Origin: Narcine bancroftii
Taxonomy: Eukaryota
Length of the DNA stretch: 64,000 bases
Direction: 5' to 3'
Assembly (NCBI RefSeq): GCF_036971445.1
Contig: NC_091476.1
Span: 43,152,001-43,216,000, forward strand
The translations under genes were made by a program, and so were the position numbers. Positions 59,255 to 64,000 of the stretch are shown here, piece after piece; positions within the stretch are counted from its first letter, which is position 1, and each line of letters begins with the position of its first letter. The notes under the pieces were generated by a model, which was not told where the DNA came from, searched no databases, and saw only the letters and a program-made list of their open reading frames with translations.

Positions 59255-61027
59255 CTCTGATTTAAGGAGGTTAGCCTACAATTTGCATCTTCTGGAGGAA
59301 GTTTGGCATTTAACACCATCATCCCCTCAAAATTAATCAGTAAACTCCAAGGCCTGGGAGTTAACACCCCACTGTGTAATTGGATCATGGATTTCCTCAT
59401 CTCCAGACCATAATCAATGAAGATTGCTAAGAACATCTCCTCCACAATCTCCATCCATACTGGAGCACCACATGTCTGTGTTCTTAGCCCCCTGTTGTAC
59501 TCACTTTACACCTATGACTGTGTGGCTCGGTACAACAAGAACACCATCTACAAATTTTGGCAATGATGCCACAGTAATGGGTTGTATAAAGGAAGGGGAT
59601 GAGTCGGCATACATGAAATCTTGGCTGAATGATGCACCAACAACAATCTTGTACTCAATGTCACTAAAACTAAGGAGCTGAATGTTGACTTCAGGAAAGG
59701 AAAGCCAAAAGTATACAATCCAGTGATCATGGGGGGATCAGAGGTGGAGAGGATGAGCAAATTTAAGCTCTTGGGAGTTACTATCTCGGAGGAACTTTTC
59801 TGGATACAACACATGAATGGTATTGTGAAGAAACCCCACCAATGCCTCTATTTCCTCAGGAGTTTGTGGAGGTTTGGTATGACACAAGAAACCTTGCAAA
59901 TTTCTACACGTGTGGTCGAAAGTGTGCTGACCTGCTACATGGTCTGTTATGGATACACCATACCCCCGAGCATAAATCCCTCCAAAAGGGAATGGACACA
60001 GCCCAGGTCATCACAGGCAAAACCTTCCCCACTATTGAGTACACCTACAGGAAACGCTGCTGTCAGAGGGCAGCAGCAATTATCAAAGACCCAGCACATG
60101 CTCCGTTCTCGCTGCTGCCATCAGGAAAGAGGTCTAGGTGCCACAAAACATACACCACCAGGTTCAGGAACAGCTGTTACTCCTCCACCATCATACTCTT
60201 AAAGAACAGACTTTATCAGAGACTTGTTTAAGGATTCTTACTTATCCCTTCATTGATTTTCTTTTTATTCTCTGTGTTGCATAGTCAGTTTGTTTACATA
60301 TGTATCTGCTTACATTTCTTGACTTGTTGACATGTATAAGCTGTGTATAGATTTTTTTTGCACTACCAATTAGTGGTAATTCAGCTGCACCTGCAGGATA
60401 AAGAATCACAGGGTTGTATGTGATATCCTATATGTACTCTGACAATAAATCTGAAGTTCAGGATGGTGAAATCAGCATGGTAATTTTCTTTTTGTGTGGA
60501 GCGCTAACCACAGTGGTGAAATCAGTTCAGCCACCCAGACAGAGCCTGAAGGGTTTTTTTTTCCCACATCTTTCTTGCAAGGAATCAAGGATATACCCTG
60601 GACCCACAACACTCCCATATTCGTCGGAAGGTGCAGCAGTGACTACATTTCCAAGGGAGGGTGCAAGGGCAGGGCTATTGGCCTGTATCTTGACAGCATT
60701 ATACAGGAGCTCAATTAAGAGTGTCCTGTTTGGCTGCATCATTGCATGGTATGGTAGCTGCAAAGCATCGGACCACAAGTCAACACCGAGCATCTCCCTT
60801 TCCTCTACTGATGACATTGACCAGGAGCGTTGCCTTTAGTCTTTTTACAAATGAAACAGAGTAAATTATTCCAGACTATTTATACATAATTATTTCATAT
60901 CCTATTATGTATGAATATGATTATTATGTGCTGTGTGAAAAATGTGTTTGTGTGTGCATCATGGTCCAGAGAGACACTGTTTTGTCTAGTTGTATATTTG
61001 TACAGTCAGATGATAATAAACTTGAAA
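59255..61027 (+). mobile_element. Two Rex1/Babar-like fragments (~59255-60458, 60650-61027)
   Basis: [27 protein letters not shown] and VERMSKFKLLGVTISEEL remnants, plus 3' tails. Confidence 0.82.
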
Positions 61028-62139
61028 CACCTTCTGGCAAACAGTAAGTGGTTTTAATTCATCTGTTTGAGTTGAATTTGATTGAATTGCTTTTGTTTTG
61101 TCTCATGTCCCCACATACAGTGGAATGGTTCATTTGTCATGCTATCCAGCAAGTCAACCCATAAGTGCAGCAAATGAAACTGCTTCAATGAAGAGTCAGA
61201 TCAAGTTAGAATGGAGAAAGGTCACTGGTAAAAGGGAAGTTGTTTTATGCAATCTGATTGATAAAGTTGGTTGGTTGGACCCACACAGGCTGCAGCTGCT
61301 GGAGACTGGCTCACGAATCATGTATCGGAACTGGGATTTGAGAGGGTGCTGGGTGCAAGAAGGGCTCCTGAAGGGCCTTGGGCTCTGAGAGCTTCCTGAT
61401 GGTATCGGAGGTTTGGATCTGGAGCTTGGACTGCTGATGTTTTGAACAGGAGTTTGTACGACTGCAGAGGCTGCGGAAGCACAGGAGGTCACTCCACGGA
61501 TGCCCAGGGACCCTGAAGGGACTTTCTTTAGCTTCTCTTTCCCCTATGGTTAGAGGCACCGGGCAATGCTCATGGCAGCTCTTCGTTTTCCTTACGATAG
61601 ACAAAAATGGAAGTATATCATGTATATTATTTTTAATGTATTATTACATGACACTCCTGCTCTCACATGTGCCTCAGAGATCTGATCCCTGATCTCATTT
61701 GAGAAAGAGAGAGAGAGAAAAAGAAAGAGACTAAGAATAAAATTCCTCCTGCTGTGAATTAATGAGGCTGTTTCAATGCATTTGGAGACCAACAGACAAT
61801 GCATTTGGAAACTGGCCACTTTGGATTCCTTACAACACAAATGGATATAGCACACCATAGGAGGAGGCCTTTGATCCCATTGCATCCCTGCTGGCCCATG
61901 ATAGTGCTATTCCTCAACCACTTCCTATAATCTTGCAAATTATTCTTAATTGCCCTTCCAATTCCCCAAACTGACTCTGTTTCCATCATCCTGGCTGGCA
62001 GTGAGTTTGGATTCCATATCCTCACAGACGAAGGAAGTGGCCACTTGAAGGTATTCCCAAAAGTTTTAATCTGTGAATCCAGCTTTTGAACTGTTGCTAA
62101 TGGGGGTGGGTGGTAGCATTCTTCTAATTCTATTGTAGT

Positions 62140-63272
62140 AAGAGGTCTACGATGGATACCACCTCACTGACTCTACACAAAGCCCAGGAACATTTGGTCA
62201 GCAAAAATGCATACATCTTAATGTTTTTTATCAACTGCAGTTTGGCATTTAACACCATCATCTGCTCAAAACTGATCAGCAAACTCCAAGACCTGGGACC
62301 CAACACCCCACTGTGTAATTGGACCCTTGATTTTCCTCACCTCCAGACCACAATCAGTGAGGATTGATAAGATCTCCTCCACAATCTCCATCAGTACTGG
62401 AGGACCATAGGGCCATGTTCTTAGCCCCCAGCTCTAGTCACATCTCCTCATAGATGTATGGCTTAGTTCAACACAACTACAAATTCATTGGTGAAACCAT
62501 TGTAGTGGGTTGTATAAAAAGTGGCAATGACTCAGCATACACGAGGGAGATTGAAAACTTGACCAAATGGTGCACTAAAACCAAGAAGCTGATAGTACAC
62601 ATTTGGTTTTCCATACCTGAAGTTAACAATCTAGTGATCATTGAGAGAGGTGGAGAGGGTGAGCTTGGGTATCAATATCTTAGAGGATCTTTCCTGGTCC
62701 CAACACACTTTAATGTCATTGTGAAGAAAGCACGTCAGTGCCTATAATTCTTCAGTTGTTTTCGAAGATTTGGTATGTCATTGGAAACCCTGGCAAATAT
62801 CTTCTGATATGTGCTGGAAAGTCTGAATCACAATGCAAATACCTCCAAGCGTAAAGCCCTGCAAAAGGTAGTGGACACCACCCAGGACATAACACCACCA
62901 TTGAGAAAATCTATAGGGAACGCTGCCATCGGAGAGGAGTAACAATCATTAAGGATCCACACCACCCAGCATATTCTCACTGCTGCCATAAGGAAAGAGG
63001 TGTAGGTGCCACAAGACTCTCACCACCAGATTCAGGAACAGCTGCTACCCCTCCACCATCAGACTCTTCAACAACAAACTCAATCAGGGACTCATTTAAG
63101 GACTCTTGCCTTTGCACTTTATTGTTTTTTTTTCCTCTCGTCTTTCTAAGTTGTTTACATTTGTTTAATTGTTTAGTATTAACAATAAGTGCTAATTCCG
63201 CCTGGCCCACAGGTAAAAGAATCTCAGGGTTGTATGTAATGTATGTATTCTAACAATAAATCTGAAATCTTA
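62140..63272 (+). mobile_element. Rex1/Babar-like LINE, RT to 3' end
   Basis: [27 protein letters not shown] remnant; AATAAATCTGAAATCT tail. Confidence 0.82.
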
Positions 63273-63490
63273 AACTAATTGTGATCATAAACCCCACAAA
63301 CCTTCCTTGGTCCAAGGTGTACAAAGCCTTAAGTCTCACCTTGTAGCTAATGTGGAGTTCCCTCATCTGTGCAAGACACAAGGAACTGCAGATGATGGAA
63401 TTCTGACCAAAACCAGATATCTTACTGATATCCTTCCTGTTGTTTAATGACCAAAACTGCACACAATGCTCCAAATTTGGCATCACCAAT

Positions 63491-64000
63491 TGTAATGGAG
63501 GATTTAGACCATCTTGTGCAAGAAGGGATGCAGTTGCATCAGAAGACATAATCTCAATTCCACTATGAGGCCCAGGGATGCAGTTGTCTTTTGTTGGTCA
63601 CAGACTGTCAGGAAATCTTGAAGATAATTAAATCATTTATTCAAAGAGATAAGCTATAAGTAAACAATTTTTTGGGTAATATGAGCCATGGTTCCACTGC
63701 TGAAGTGAAGACTCTGAGGAGTGGAAACGTCTCTCAGCAAGAAGAAGAACTTCTAGAGTCTAGCTAACGTCCCGGTCGGGGGAGTTGGAGAAGATGCTAC
63801 CAGCGCCCCGACAACCTACTATAAGTGTGCGGTCATTGCCTCGCTTCAGCAGTTGGGACTAGTCCAAGTGTTGATAAGTATAATTGGGAAGGGTTTGCAT
63901 ATTGTAGTTTGAAATCAGGTTTTGAATTTGTAATAAACATTTGTATAAACTGAACTGCTCTCGGTGTGTGTGTCTATTTTCTTTCGGTAGCTCAAACACT
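63491..64000 (+). mobile_element. Probable LTR, running off the window end
   Basis: Begins TGTAATGG exactly where a minus-strand CR1 fragment breaks off. AATAAA at 63932-63937 is followed by GT-rich sequence. Several CpGs are retained. Confidence 0.5.

Noticed and set aside
59-63549. Numerous 60-180 aa ORFs in the supplied track
   Set aside because: They are TE remnants or chance frames. None shows a host protein domain that I recognise.

Overview
Eukaryotic, CpG-depleted, very repeat-dense vertebrate DNA with no host protein-coding gene that I can support. The repeat mix (CR1-type 3' ends, V-domain tRNA-derived SINEs, Rex1/Babar-like LINEs, Neptune-type Penelope-like elements) suggests a cartilaginous fish, probably a ray; this is inference. 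The only intact coding unit is a young full-length L1-clade retrotransposon at 1387-7422, with open ORF1 and ORF2, a poly(A) tail and a perfect 14-bp target-site duplication (TSD). The rest is nested, decayed TEs: three truncated L1 copies of different ages, many Rex1/Babar-like and CR1-like fragments, SINEs, two RTE-clade 3' ends, Penelope-like elements with hammerhead-like cores, several hAT-type DNA elements and two probable solo LTRs. Structures worth a second look are two perfectly homogeneous GC/CpG-rich minisatellites at retroelement junctions, an apparent composite hAT insertion bracketed by one TSD, a ~330-bp local inverted duplication, a scrambled Rex interior holding an exon-like cassette, and several TE-free blocks that may be enhancers. 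No new biological system is demonstrated. Family names come from motif recognition, not database searches, and boundaries of decayed fragments are approximate.
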